DNA of 64,000 bases, from the IMG/VR virus record IMGVR_UViG_3300027747_002969, positions 20,334-84,333 of that record, one strand, 5' to 3'. The stretch comes from a virus. Below the pieces are notes generated by a model that worked only from the letters and a program-made list of their open reading frames with translations, did not search any database and was not told the DNA's origin. Numbering within the stretch: position 1 is the first letter of the stretch; every line of letters starts with the position of its first letter. Below are positions 46,656 through 57,854 of the stretch, one piece after another. A program made the position numbers and the translations under genes.

Positions 46656-49600
46656 TTATTTAGTTTCTGCAGAGTGTTCTAAAAGAAATATTCCCAACGA
46701 CGAGTCGCTATATTGCAAACCATTTGGTGTTGCTACCCAAGAATAGCCTCCGGGTATTTCAACCTGTTGTCCTGCATCTATAACATTTGCTGGCACAGCA
46801 TGACTGAGCTTAGTTTTGTAGGAGATTTGATTTAGACAGGCTATTCGTATGTTTTTGATTCCGATGCCGGGTGCAGCAGAAATAAATCGCACATAGTACC
46901 CTGCTGGGTATCCAGTTGGGTTGGTAACAAATTGATAATCAATGCTTTCAATTTGCATTTGACCGTTGACAAATACAGTGGTAGAGATTGCTTGACTGGC
47001 AGACTCGCTGGCAAATACAGTGTTGATTCCATTGCCGTTGTAGTAGAACGTGTTGTAGACTGTTTGAGGCAATCCCGAAGTACCTAACCTATTGCGAGCA
47101 ATACCAGCCAAAAATGCTCTATTTGGATAAACAGCCGTTGGCGCAGGTTGCACCTGCATGAAACTTATCAATTCATTATTGATATATATCAAACCAGGTA
47201 TACCAATATTTGGCAGTGTCAATACAGACACATCTGCCACTTCAATAGTGCTACTGTAGGTATAGACATTGCTTAGAATATAAGTCATGCGTGTGTTATC
47301 TAGTGCTGTGGACAAAGTTGCATCCCAGCCTGTAGTGGTTCGCCATGAAATAGCAGGGGCCTGTGGTCTTCCTGTCATATAGTTTATGTTTATTGGTGGC
47401 AGATAATCCCAACCTTCATCAGGTTGTTGTGAAACTGCCCAGCCGCCGTTGGCCCAACCTGCATCAGGTTGTTGTAAAATTATATTCAGCATTTTAGGCG
47501 TTGGCACGGCCCATACATAATTGTCCCAACCGCTATTGCCCCAACCACTGCTGGCGGCAGTGGTGGACAGTGTATAGTCTTGTTGTGGTACCTGTAAAAC
47601 TTTGTTGTACCAAACCTGTATGGTATTTGGATCCTCTGGATAGGCTGTCAACGTATAGGTCCCTGTCTCAACGGCGGTAAATTCATCCGTATGGAATTGG
47701 TAATCAATGTCCTGAGTATAGGTGGTGATAATTACCGTATCATCAACTTGAATTGATCCTGCTGCAAAAGTAATGCTGGTGCCTGCAATAGTATAATGTG
47801 TGCTGGGATTCACGCATACCAACACTATTGTGGCGAGATTAATTGGTGCAGCAGCAAATATCAAAACATTATTCTGTATAGTGTAATCAACTCCAATGAC
47901 CTGAAGAGCACTGTCTATGTATACAGTTGTTGTTACCGCGTTGGTAAGATCTACTGTGATGTTAAAGTGAGTTTGATATTGGTTACCAGACCATTCCTGC
48001 AGTAACGGAGGTGTCAGCAACAAACCGTTGCGCCTTACCATAGTTGATATGTAATTGGGCTGTGTGCTAGATGCCTGTGTAATAGTATATGTCAACTCTG
48101 ACGAGTTGTTTATGGTTAGCAGTGTTTCTTGTACTACCGAGAACTGTGAAGTGGTAAAAGATGCCAAAGTTACAGTACTGCCATAGTCTGGTGCTGAGGA
48201 TAGATAAACACCGGTTGAAGTGTAACCTGCTATTGGGGTGAGAATTCCGTCGATATTCAGCATCACACCTGGTTGGAAATTGTCACTGGTCCCTGGCACT
48301 GGGTAGTTTTTGTTTACTCCATCTCCTGTAAAATGGTACATTTGGAAATCATCTGTGAAACTCACAATAAAGTTTGCACCATTACCATGACCACCTGTAG
48401 CGGCTATCGGTTGTGGTGGTAGTTGCGGATATAGACCTAGATCCAAAACGTTGGTAGCAACTACACTGTTGTGGACTCCCACATTGGTCACTGTAAGTTG
48501 CGCAGGGCGCACAGACGTCCCTGGTTGAAAAGGTATCCCCGCAGACAGTGTCAGGGTATCACCTACTACATATCCATTACCACCAGAAACCACATAGGCT
48601 GCTGCTATGCCTCTGCTGGCTCCGCCAAATCCTATGGCAGTTATATACAGCATTTGATCAGGCGGTGGTGTATTAATAAACACCAATTTGCGTGTATTAT
48701 AGTTTACAACAACATCACCGCCTGTTCCAACGGTCAGCGCCGAGCCATTAAGATATGCCATAACAGCCTGATCGCTTTGAGGTGTTACCAAAAGATCATA
48801 TTGCGATGTTGTTCCATCTGTAACATAGGCACGAGCACTTACCAGCGGTCTTCCGCCGTTCTGCCTAATGTAGGTATCCATTATTAGACAATCTCTAGGC
48901 AGCATTGGGTACAATTCTTCTGGGTGATTGTCATCTACATAAGGCTGAACAAACTCGTAGCCATCATAGATACTGTCACTGGGATTGGTAGCTGCAGATT
49001 CAAATGTGGTGCCTATATAGAGTATAAAGACATTTGGTGTTGCACTACTAGCTGGTGGTGTAGTGAATTGTATCCAAGCACAGGACCAATCAACACCTAT
49101 CATTGCATTGGTGCCAAAACCTGGATAGGCCGGTGGGTATTGTGTTTTGTATGGTCCAGGCTGAACAGTGGTATAAGAACCTTTACCCAGTATGTTTACA
49201 GCAGTAATGCTGCCATGACTTACTTCTGTTACCTGCAGACGAACTGGTACTATGCCAGACCCTGCCAGCACATTTATTTGATCTCCAATACTATAACCAG
49301 TGCCGCCATCAAAAACATAGGCATTTATTGCATATGTTGGTACAAACCAGTCAACACCATACAACCTCAGTCCCCCGTCACTCCATACCACTAGGCTGTT
49401 GGGGTTTTGTGCGCCACGTTTTAGTGGGAATGTAACGGTTTGGCCGTCACCTACAGCGGTATCATAATCTGGTATCTGTCCGCCTTGTATGATTTGGTCA
49501 AGATATGCATCTACCACAGCTCGGTCAGCATCCCAACCCAATAGTCCTCCCCATGGGCCTGCGCTCCATCCTGGTTCGGCTGAGAACCCAAGATTGCCTA

Positions 49601-52600
49601 TGGTTTGTCCGCGATAAACTACACCCTGCATGAGATCAGATATTACATTGGGAATCATACCGGGAGTTGGTGCATAGTTGTCTTCTATACGAGTCAGTGC
49701 TCCAAAGTTTTGGCCAGCATTTTCATTTGACCAACCAAATATTGACCAAGTGCTGCCCCAACCCAGCAACAGTGCCGGATTACTGATCCTATCAAAAACC
49801 ATCTTGGTGGTCAATTGTCTTACAAGATTTGGATCAATATACTGTTGTAGTGTCACCGATGTGGCTGCATGGTAATTTTCGTACCATGCACTATATGTAT
49901 TGCGGTATTCAATTCCTTCAAGATTTGTTGTATTGACCGTGATATTTGATGGGTTTACTGCGTTTGAGGGAGTATTGGTAGTGAGATAGGCAAACGGTAC
50001 ATCAAAATCCACCACAGAGGCGTTGGCCGGATCTAGTGCCGAATACCCATTGGTATAGTCCTGTATATTGGCATGATAGGGTTTGGTTTCGTTGATGAAT
50101 GCCAATATGCTGTTGGTGTTGTTTACAGCCAATAGTGGCGGTTGACCTAGAGTTTGGTTGAAACCGTTGAACACTATGTTGCTGGTCTTGAAAATCCAAT
50201 CTGCCTGTAGCTGTTCGGCAACTACAAAATTGGTCATGGCAAAGAACAAGGAATTAAGTTCAATGCTGTTTGGTCCTGGGAAGATGGCCAAATATATACC
50301 ATCTATTATATTGGCAAACTCAATGGCAGCATTGTCATCGAATACTGGCAATGGATTGAAAATACTGCTGGTACCAGCAGCATCAAATGGCGATCCGTCA
50401 AATCCACCAGAAGTTTCAGCCCATTGATACACACTTGGCAGCACCTGCATGGTGCCATTTTGTTGACATACCAAAGACCACGCGCTGTTTGAATATGCCC
50501 ACCATTGGTAATTACCATCACCACCGTTGACCACCTCTACAAGTTGACCCTGAGTGGGGTTGGCTATGGCATATAAATCTGCAATCGTTTCAACGCTGGT
50601 GTTTGGTGGTGTTTCTGCACTGTAGCCTGTTGCATACCAATTGACATATTGCCAATAATTGGCTGTGTTATAGGATTGTATGCGTGTCAAAGACCAATAT
50701 TGTTGACTGTTGTTAGTATATTGCCATATGGACCATTTGTTATCAGTGCTGCTGTTGGCATCACACAGTATCAATTGACCGGGCAATATTGCTCCAATCA
50801 GACCGTCGCGTTGTGTTAGGTCAGCCACTTGATAATCCCAGACAGTAACGGTCTCTGTAGCCGTAGTTGTCACAGAAGTATCAGCAAGTTCAATGACTTC
50901 GCCACCAGGTACCATGCTGACACTAAAGGTAGTTTGACTGGTGATTGCCAAAACATAGTAGGTTGTGCCACCGATTAACCCGCCAATGCTGCTGTTGAAT
51001 ACCACCGGCTGTGCAGGTATCATACCCAGGGTTGATGTTACCACAACACGATTAGCTGCAGTACCTGTTACTGACAGCAAGATATTGCTAAATTGAGTTG
51101 GTATTGGTTCAGCAGCGTCAAAGTAATTTAACCAGCTTGCTATACCAGCGTCATATACCAATGGAGTATTGCTAGATGCTGCTAGATTATTAAAGGTACT
51201 GACAAATAATTCACTGGCTGACACTCTGTTGACAAACCATGTTTGTCTAGGACGTATAAAGGTACCGTATCTGTTGTAGGCATTGAGATGGTAATCTGGG
51301 ACATCGTTGCCCATTCCATCGAAGGTTACCAAACTGGCTTTGAGCCTTGACCATACAGTGGTATTGATAGGACTGTTTGGATCTCCCTGTCTGATCAACT
51401 CCCACTCGCTGTAGATGTTGGCATTATTGGCTTTGGAAGTGTAGTTAATGCGCTGCGCCACTTGCAGGCCATTTAACAGATTCTGTACATTTCCAAGGAT
51501 GATGCTGTTTTGGCTTATAGCAGCATACCATGGCACACCGGTTTGGCTAGGTCTTTGTATAAGAGTTGCAATAGCAGAGGTGCTTAAACGTCTGTTAATA
51601 CCAGATGGGGGGAGGCCGCTGTTGCCAACCCAGAAATAATAATAGGTTGTTGGTTGATTTTGATTATTATACTGTTGTAGTTGAACCCAATTGTAAGGTT
51701 CTTTTACTGTGCCAGACGGAATTACCATTGATCCATTGACCATAATGGCTGTGCCAGCAGCAACTGATGTGGCCCAGTCAGTTGGGGATACACTGCTTTG
51801 TATCCATTCATACACCACAACAGCAGTGCCCGGTGCTATTTGCCCCCAGGTGCGTAGTCTATATGAATCGTCGCCCTGTTCATAATCTAAATATCTAACC
51901 TGTGCAACATCCCACCAGGTTTGTCCTATCTGTGCGCTGCTCCATGCAAGGCTGGGATTTACCAAATATCCGGCGGTGTCTCCACTATTGTAGGTAGCTG
52001 GGTCTACATCTGTGATAAAGGTAAGTTCCTGCTGTGCCTGGCCTGGTATCTTGCCCTTTACTGGATCCCAGTATTCAAGACTGGCAAGATTTTTGCCAGT
52101 CTTGATGTTGTAGATGGCGCTGGATTGCAGCAGGTTTGGGTCAACCTGCAGCGGTTGTTGTCTATATGGTACAAATTGGCTGCGTACATAATGATATACT
52201 GTCCATGCATTTGGTATGATACCGCCTTGGTCGACATAGACTAGATTGCCTTCTTGATACCCGCCAGGTGGGGCACTGGTATCTCGATCAAAAATGTTGG
52301 CAAATCTCATTGGTCGATATACCCAGATAGTGCCGCCTGAACCTGCAGTGAATGTGCTGATTTGTATATTGAATGTAGTTGGTGTAACTGATCCAATCAC
52401 ATAAGTGTTGTTGATTGCCGGCGTACCTGCTACGCCAAATACCACACAAAGGTCCCCGTTGAGCAATCCGTGTGGACCAGATGTTACTATAGTAGTCGGA
52501 GTACCAAAACTCGTGCTGGGTATAGTGTAGGACGGTTGACTTGCAGCAGGAGACAAAATCCATACCATCCAAGATCCGTTGTCAGTGATAAATTGCCAAA

Positions 52601-55600
52601 CTGTATCATAGAAGTTCAAAGGCCTATTAGTGTACAGCACACTAGAATAGAGACCTTTTAGTTCGCTGGTGTTGGCAACATACCAGTTTGTTTCACCTAA
52701 CTGAGCATAGCCAGCAGTTGGAATGTCAGTAGCTGGATCTGACGCATATGAATTGCGTAGACCAAAAATCTTTGTGGTATAGGTGGCCGGCGGCGTGATC
52801 AATAATGGATCATTTGGTACTATATCAAACACATTGTCATTGGGATTATTACTAGTGCTGCTGAAAAATCTGATCCACTGAGGATCATAGTTGATATATG
52901 ACTGAGGCAAGATGTATTCGATGTCCACATTGAACGCTGTGGCCCCGTAGGTTCCAACACGTATCATCCATTCGTCGAAATAATTAAATGTACTGCCGGT
53001 TGGAATAATCGATGAACTGCGCAACAGGGCATTGATGCTGGACAATGTACCTTTTTGCCTGATGAAACCTTGATAGAATTGGAATTCTACCGATTCGTCT
53101 AGAAGGAGATTTTGCAGATAAGCCCGTGGTTGATAACCTATTGTGTGCTTGGATATATTGGCTATGGCTTGGTTATCGATGGACCCCAGCGTGCTGCTGG
53201 ATGTAATGGTATTGACACCGCCATAGGTGATTTTTGAATAGTTCTTTGGTTCATCGATGTTGAAGTACTTGGTAAAATCGCTGGCAGTTTTGTCAAAGTT
53301 GTTGGTCATGGTCCAGGTATTTGAAGAAACTGTCTGCCCGTTGACCGTGGTATTGTTCTGTATTACAACATAACCTGGAGCATTTATGGTACCATTCCAG
53401 CCATTGGCTCGATAGGTATAGAGTTTGATGCGCTGTTGTTGTAGATTGTAAAGAGGTTCGTAAATTACATCACCAAATGCTGTAAGATTGTCAAAAAACA
53501 CAGCATGTTCTATGGTTGTGGTGAACAACCTCATGCCGTAGATGCCCTGCGTGTTGTTTGGCTGAACGGTCATTACACCTTCGTTGCGTAGCACATCGAG
53601 ATGCTGTGATTGTATTGGCTGTCCTGCCCTATCTACTACAGGATAGGTCCCACTGATAATACCATTCACATAGTTTATCATACCAACTGGTGTGGTAAAC
53701 TGAGTTGATGCTGCACTGGGACTCAGTGCAATCAGTGTGCCGTTGGCCCATGATCCTTGTGCCCAAAGTAGATATTCTTTAGCACTTTGGCTCCAGTTCA
53801 ACACTGCTCCCGCATTGCTACTATAGGTTTCAAATAACCAACCCTGTGATGTCAGCCAGCGACCGTAACTGATCAAAAAGTCATATACCTGTTGATATGA
53901 TGTCAATACTGTATTATACAGCACGATTTTAATGCTGTTGGTTAGGCCTGTTTGATATTCTGTAACTTGTTGATTGCCTATGGCAATGTTGATCTTGGAT
54001 CCAGATGTATTGGACGGTATTATGGTAAAAAATTGTTCGATTGCATCATAACCATATATCTTCCAACCACCAACTACCTGTTGCACTATAACTCCGCTGT
54101 AGTAATAATTTCCAGTGCTGGTGCTGCGATAGAGATAGGTGCTGATGTTTTCATTTGGTATGATTTGGCTGTTGTAGCCTATTTGGCCAAAACTGTCAAC
54201 AACTCCGCGTAAATTAGTAGTGTTGATATAGCCGGCCATGCGATGTGCCAATTTTACGTTGCCACCCCTTATGACACTGCCGATAAAGTTGGTCACAGAT
54301 AGTCCTTGACTCACAACATATTCAGTAATCCAAACTTGAAAACCTGCACTGGCAAAATAGGCAAGATTGGTTTCATCGGGAACGTAGACCCCAGTTACTA
54401 ATGTGTTAGGAGTTTCTCTATTGATATAGAATTGATCACTTGCGCGTCTTGTATTGGTATCTATGTAGATCCATTGGCTTTCGTTAGTGGCTGGATAAAT
54501 CTCTTGGGTACGGAGGCTGTCCCAGGTATATTCAACAAATGCCGCAGGCTTCATAAGGTATCCCGTAACGGACTCTACAAATGGATAGTATTGAGAATGT
54601 ATCCAAGCACTTTCTACAGGCCCCCCATCGCCAAAAATCCAAGGTGCTTGGGCAGCAGTGGCAGTTGGCAGATAAGCTGCGCAGCCGGACAGTACTGGGG
54701 GCAAGAGATTACCTTGTGCATCCACTGGTATGCAGGACATCAGTCCGGGTCTTGCCCAAACAGAATAAGTGCCTGCGCGCTGACCCTGCCGTATGATTCC
54801 AGATGCAAGATCTTGCCACAGTGCAGTATTACCACTGGTGTAGGGGGCCGCGCCATACTGTTCTGTCCACCACAAAGGCTCCTGACTGAAACCCAGCATT
54901 TCCCAGGGGCAAATATGTGGTCGATCAGTGTCGTAGAACCAACGATAAATGCCCTGCCATCCACCTGGTATGCTGTTGCCCTGCTGATCAGTAACAGTGC
55001 TATAATTGAAACTAAATGGATCGCTGGGATTGTAACCGGTATTTGATTGATAATCTATCTGATTGTTGATCACCCATTTGTCAAATGCTCCGCGCTGTAG
55101 CTGTATATATTCAGCAGCAGTATAGTCTGTAGTTCTCCAACGACCCGGAGCATAGGTGGTTATATCAAACACCAAAGTTGCCTCTGGATTGCTGTAGGCT
55201 GGTGGTAGATTGTTGAACATGTTGAGTTCAAACTGAAGCCAGGCGGCTGCTACAGGATTGGTCAACTGTTCTGGATTGGTAGTCATGCTTTGATTGTGTA
55301 GAATCGTACCAAGAGGCACACCTTGGTTGTCTACCATCACGATTCGTGCACCGTCGTGCGTTTGTATTGTCAACTGAGGAGTTAGGTAACTGGTATCAAA
55401 GTATACCATAGGGGTAAAGGCAGAAGTGATGCCCAGTCGTGTAGCAGTAGCTGGTATATACAGTGGATTAGTGGCCTGTATCAGACCATACGCGCCAGGA
55501 GGTCCGCCGTACCCTGTGTTGGCCCAAGGAGATGCAGGAGTTTTGCCTATGTTGATTTGATTCAGTGCTGTGGTTATCCACAGAGCTGTGTTGTAGGGGT

Positions 55601-57854
55601 TGCACACGTTGGGGTCACTACTGGCAGTATATCCCTGCTGTGCTGCAACATTGAACAGTGCTCTCAGGAATCTATTATAGAATCGAGTATAACTATTTTC
55701 GGCATATTGCATAGCCTGTACTGGATCAGTAGGCGCTGTGGTTAAATTGATATTGTTCAGCGGTACACTGTTCAGTAGGTTTAATTTGATCATCGGAGCA
55801 CGATGCTGTAGGATACTAAGTCCAAGGCCTCGTTGCTGTGCTGTGTCCCGGTAATTGTTCTTGCCCAATGCTGGACCTACTATACCGGTTTGATTTTCTA
55901 TTATTTCTTGGAACTGTTGCAGAAACTGGCTACGTGCTACACTGGTGATCGGTAGATTGTTGGGATTGGCACTGATATTGAGTGGGATTTGGTAGTAACC
56001 TGTTATATTTACAGGTGCAACTGGATTCCAAGATGCTATTTCAACGATGCTGCCTGCCACTGCAGGCACTGTCAAGGTGACAACGTTGTTGCTTACAGTG
56101 TAATCAACTCCATTAACCAGCAATTTATCATTTTGATTGACATTTATACGGACAAAAATTGTTGGCAATGTATTGTCAGATTGTGCTGCTGGAGCTTGGT
56201 CTATAACAAAGACAGTGGTGTCTGTTGTTAGATCAAATTGATTGATGATATATTGCCGACTCAATTGCGGCGCGGTATACCACGAATCTATATATGTTGA
56301 TCCAATCTGGGCAAAAAGATAACCATTATAATTGATTCTAGTGGAATTACTGACATAGGTGACAGTGTCAGTGGTTAGATTGTTGTCGAATACCCAGTCT
56401 CCAAATTGATCCAGTTGGACAGATTGCCCAAGATACGGGTCTATTGGTTGAGTTGGATCAATTGCATATGAAAAGACCTGACTGCCCATGAAACTGCTGC
56501 TTGGGTACACACTGGGGTCGCTCATGCTGTTGCCGTCAATATCATACAATTGAAACAATGGCGGAGTTAATCCAATCAATTGCTGACAATTCGTCGTCCA
56601 TACGCCGTTGTTGTAATAAATGTTTTGTCCCTGCAGTAACCCAAACTGTACAGTTGCTCGGTCACCCTGAGTTGGTTGGCCATCTGATGAATGACAACCG
56701 CTGGTATCTACTGTTAATTGTATTGCACCGTTGGCCTGTCCACTTACAATGAAAATTTTACCCGCAGCCTCTGGACTGTTGTCAGCAAGACTCAGTATCC
56801 TCATGCCGTCTTGCAGAGGGACACCATTTATTGTCCAATAAGGTTGGCCTACTATGTTTTTTAAAATACTTGTGTTAACAGTATCAACAATTGTAATAAT
56901 ACCACGATTGTTAGTGCCATAGTTCCATAGTTGAGTATCAACATCAAACTGAATGATAGGGCGTGCAGCTTGATTATTAGAAATGTTGCTGACTAAAGTT
57001 TTTGATATATTGATAATATCGATATGAAACCACCGGTTTTGGCTACTCCACTGGTTACCGTCACTGCTGCCTCTGGCTATTGTGACATACAGTGTGGTTG
57101 GGTCTGTAACACCACTCCATCCATAGAGATCCCAACCTCCAAGGTCCCAGTTTGTATATGCAATGTCACTGAAATTAATCAACTGTATACTGCGACCTAC
57201 TCCTCCTATGATCAACTCTTGGTCGTTCAACAACAGAGTTTGGTCCGCCTTTGGTATGATTTTTAAACCTGTTGTAAAAACCAAAGGTGCTGAAGCCGTA
57301 AATGTGGCAGTGGTATTGTTTGATGAGTATATCACACTGCCAACATAAGAATAGGCAGTTTGTCCGGCTGCTGTATTGACTAGATCGGTAGTGTTGAGAA
57401 GGATAATAGCATCTGGACCGTTTGGTAACCAAAAATAATTGGTATAGTTTGTAAACATGTCAAGATCAATAGGCGGACTCCATGAATAATATTCTTGGGC
57501 GAATAGCCGATCATGGTTGTTGACCAATGCACCTTGAAACGCCAGTTGACCTATGAGATCTTCATAGAACATGGCATTGGTCAACTCGGGATTGTTGTAG
57601 GGACTGCTGACCACAGTGGGATCTAACTGATAATTCTGGCGATTGGCATCGGGTTCTGGTATATAGAAATCAGTGAGTGGATTATACCAAGGCGGTATAT
57701 GCCCAACATATCCGTCTAGAAATTCCACACTGGCTGGTTGGAACAGATGGTTTACCGTGGCATTGAATACTTTTTTCAGTGCATCTGTCTGTAGATATTC
57801 AGGCAGCAGTTCAATTGGATAGCGCTGCAGGTAAGTGGTGTTGATGTTAGCCAT
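46656..57854 (-). CDS. Giant baseplate structural protein, 3732 aa (gp7-like position)
   Basis: Directly follows the gp6-like gene; FYQGFIRQKGT, WDPVKGKIPG, YEW..S..P..W, KPYH motifs; repeated GDG..T.F / V..NG..DY modules. Confidence 0.75.
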   Translation of the reverse strand: MANINTTYLQRYPIELLPEYLQTDALKKVFNATVNHLFQPASVEFLDGYVGHIPPWYNPLTDFYIPEPDANRQNYQLDPTVVSSPYNNPELTNAMFYEDLIGQLAFQGALVNNHDRLFAQEYYSWSPPIDLDMFTNYTNYFWLPNGPDAIILLNTTDLVNTAAGQTAYSYVGSVIYSSNNTTATFTASAPLVFTTGLKIIPKADQTLLLNDQELIIGGVGRSIQLINFSDIAYTNWDLGGWDLYGWSGVTDPTTLYVTIARGSSDGNQWSSQNRWFHIDIINISKTLVSNISNNQAARPIIQFDVDTQLWNYGTNNRGIITIVDTVNTSILKNIVGQPYWTINGVPLQDGMRILSLADNSPEAAGKIFIVSGQANGAIQLTVDTSGCHSSDGQPTQGDRATVQFGLLQGQNIYYNNGVWTTNCQQLIGLTPPLFQLYDIDGNSMSDPSVYPSSSFMGSQVFSYAIDPTQPIDPYLGQSVQLDQFGDWVFDNNLTTDTVTYVSNSTRINYNGYLFAQIGSTYIDSWYTAPQLSRQYIINQFDLTTDTTVFVIDQAPAAQSDNTLPTIFVRINVNQNDKLLVNGVDYTVSNNVVTLTVPAVAGSIVEIASWNPVAPVNITGYYQIPLNISANPNNLPITSVARSQFLQQFQEIIENQTGIVGPALGKNNYRDTAQQRGLGLSILQHRAPMIKLNLLNSVPLNNINLTTAPTDPVQAMQYAENSYTRFYNRFLRALFNVAAQQGYTASSDPNVCNPYNTALWITTALNQINIGKTPASPWANTGYGGPPGAYGLIQATNPLYIPATATRLGITSAFTPMVYFDTSYLTPQLTIQTHDGARIVMVDNQGVPLGTILHNQSMTTNPEQLTNPVAAAWLQFELNMFNNLPPAYSNPEATLVFDITTYAPGRWRTTDYTAAEYIQLQRGAFDKWVINNQIDYQSNTGYNPSDPFSFNYSTVTDQQGNSIPGGWQGIYRWFYDTDRPHICPWEMLGFSQEPLWWTEQYGAAPYTSGNTALWQDLASGIIRQGQRAGTYSVWARPGLMSCIPVDAQGNLLPPVLSGCAAYLPTATAAQAPWIFGDGGPVESAWIHSQYYPFVESVTGYLMKPAAFVEYTWDSLRTQEIYPATNESQWIYIDTNTRRASDQFYINRETPNTLVTGVYVPDETNLAYFASAGFQVWITEYVVSQGLSVTNFIGSVIRGGNVKLAHRMAGYINTTNLRGVVDSFGQIGYNSQIIPNENISTYLYRSTSTGNYYYSGVIVQQVVGGWKIYGYDAIEQFFTIIPSNTSGSKINIAIGNQQVTEYQTGLTNSIKIVLYNTVLTSYQQVYDFLISYGRWLTSQGWLFETYSSNAGAVLNWSQSAKEYLLWAQGSWANGTLIALSPSAASTQFTTPVGMINYVNGIISGTYPVVDRAGQPIQSQHLDVLRNEGVMTVQPNNTQGIYGMRLFTTTIEHAVFFDNLTAFGDVIYEPLYNLQQQRIKLYTYRANGWNGTINAPGYVVIQNNTTVNGQTVSSNTWTMTNNFDKTASDFTKYFNIDEPKNYSKITYGGVNTITSSSTLGSIDNQAIANISKHTIGYQPRAYLQNLLLDESVEFQFYQGFIRQKGTLSSINALLRSSSIIPTGSTFNYFDEWMIRVGTYGATAFNVDIEYILPQSYINYDPQWIRFFSSTSNNPNDNVFDIVPNDPLLITPPATYTTKIFGLRNSYASDPATDIPTAGYAQLGETNWYVANTSELKGLYSSVLYTNRPLNFYDTVWQFITDNGSWMVWILSPAASQPSYTIPSTSFGTPTTIVTSGPHGLLNGDLCVVFGVAGTPAINNTYVIGSVTPTTFNIQISTFTAGSGGTIWVYRPMRFANIFDRDTSAPPGGYQEGNLVYVDQGGIIPNAWTVYHYVRSQFVPYRQQPLQVDPNLLQSSAIYNIKTGKNLASLEYWDPVKGKIPGQAQQELTFITDVDPATYNSGDTAGYLVNPSLAWSSAQIGQTWWDVAQVRYLDYEQGDDSYRLRTWGQIAPGTAVVVYEWIQSSVSPTDWATSVAAGTAIMVNGSMVIPSGTVKEPYNWVQLQQYNNQNQPTTYYYFWVGNSGLPPSGINRRLSTSAIATLIQRPSQTGVPWYAAISQNSIILGNVQNLLNGLQVAQRINYTSKANNANIYSEWELIRQGDPNSPINTTVWSRLKASLVTFDGMGNDVPDYHLNAYNRYGTFIRPRQTWFVNRVSASELFVSTFNNLAASSNTPLVYDAGIASWLNYFDAAEPIPTQFSNILLSVTGTAANRVVVTSTLGMIPAQPVVFNSSIGGLIGGTTYYVLAITSQTTFSVSMVPGGEVIELADTSVTTTATETVTVWDYQVADLTQRDGLIGAILPGQLILCDANSSTDNKWSIWQYTNNSQQYWSLTRIQSYNTANYWQYVNWYATGYSAETPPNTSVETIADLYAIANPTQGQLVEVVNGGDGNYQWWAYSNSAWSLVCQQNGTMQVLPSVYQWAETSGGFDGSPFDAAGTSSIFNPLPVFDDNAAIEFANIIDGIYLAIFPGPNSIELNSLFFAMTNFVVAEQLQADWIFKTSNIVFNGFNQTLGQPPLLAVNNTNSILAFINETKPYHANIQDYTNGYSALDPANASVVDFDVPFAYLTTNTPSNAVNPSNITVNTTNLEGIEYRNTYSAWYENYHAATSVTLQQYIDPNLVRQLTTKMVFDRISNPALLLGWGSTWSIFGWSNENAGQNFGALTRIEDNYAPTPGMIPNVISDLMQGVVYRGQTIGNLGFSAEPGWSAGPWGGLLGWDADRAVVDAYLDQIIQGGQIPDYDTAVGDGQTVTFPLKRGAQNPNSLVVWSDGGLRLYGVDWFVPTYAINAYVFDGGTGYSIGDQINVLAGSGIVPVRLQVTEVSHGSITAVNILGKGSYTTVQPGPYKTQYPPAYPGFGTNAMIGVDWSCAWIQFTTPPASSATPNVFILYIGTTFESAATNPSDSIYDGYEFVQPYVDDNHPEELYPMLPRDCLIMDTYIRQNGGRPLVSARAYVTDGTTSQYDLLVTPQSDQAVMAYLNGSALTVGTGGDVVVNYNTRKLVFINTPPPDQMLYITAIGFGGASRGIAAAYVVSGGNGYVVGDTLTLSAGIPFQPGTSVRPAQLTVTNVGVHNSVVATNVLDLGLYPQLPPQPIAATGGHGNGANFIVSFTDDFQMYHFTGDGVNKNYPVPGTSDNFQPGVMLNIDGILTPIAGYTSTGVYLSSAPDYGSTVTLASFTTSQFSVVQETLLTINNSSELTYTITQASSTQPNYISTMVRRNGLLLTPPLLQEWSGNQYQTHFNITVDLTNAVTTTVYIDSALQVIGVDYTIQNNVLIFAAAPINLATIVLVCVNPSTHYTIAGTSITFAAGSIQVDDTVIITTYTQDIDYQFHTDEFTAVETGTYTLTAYPEDPNTIQVWYNKVLQVPQQDYTLSTTAASSGWGNSGWDNYVWAVPTPKMLNIILQQPDAGWANGGWAVSQQPDEGWDYLPPININYMTGRPQAPAISWRTTTGWDATLSTALDNTRMTYILSNVYTYSSTIEVADVSVLTLPNIGIPGLIYINNELISFMQVQPAPTAVYPNRAFLAGIARNRLGTSGLPQTVYNTFYYNGNGINTVFASESASQAISTTVFVNGQMQIESIDYQFVTNPTGYPAGYYVRFISAAPGIGIKNIRIACLNQISYKTKLSHAVPANVIDAGQQVEIPGGYSWVATPNGLQYSDSSLGIFLLEHSAETK

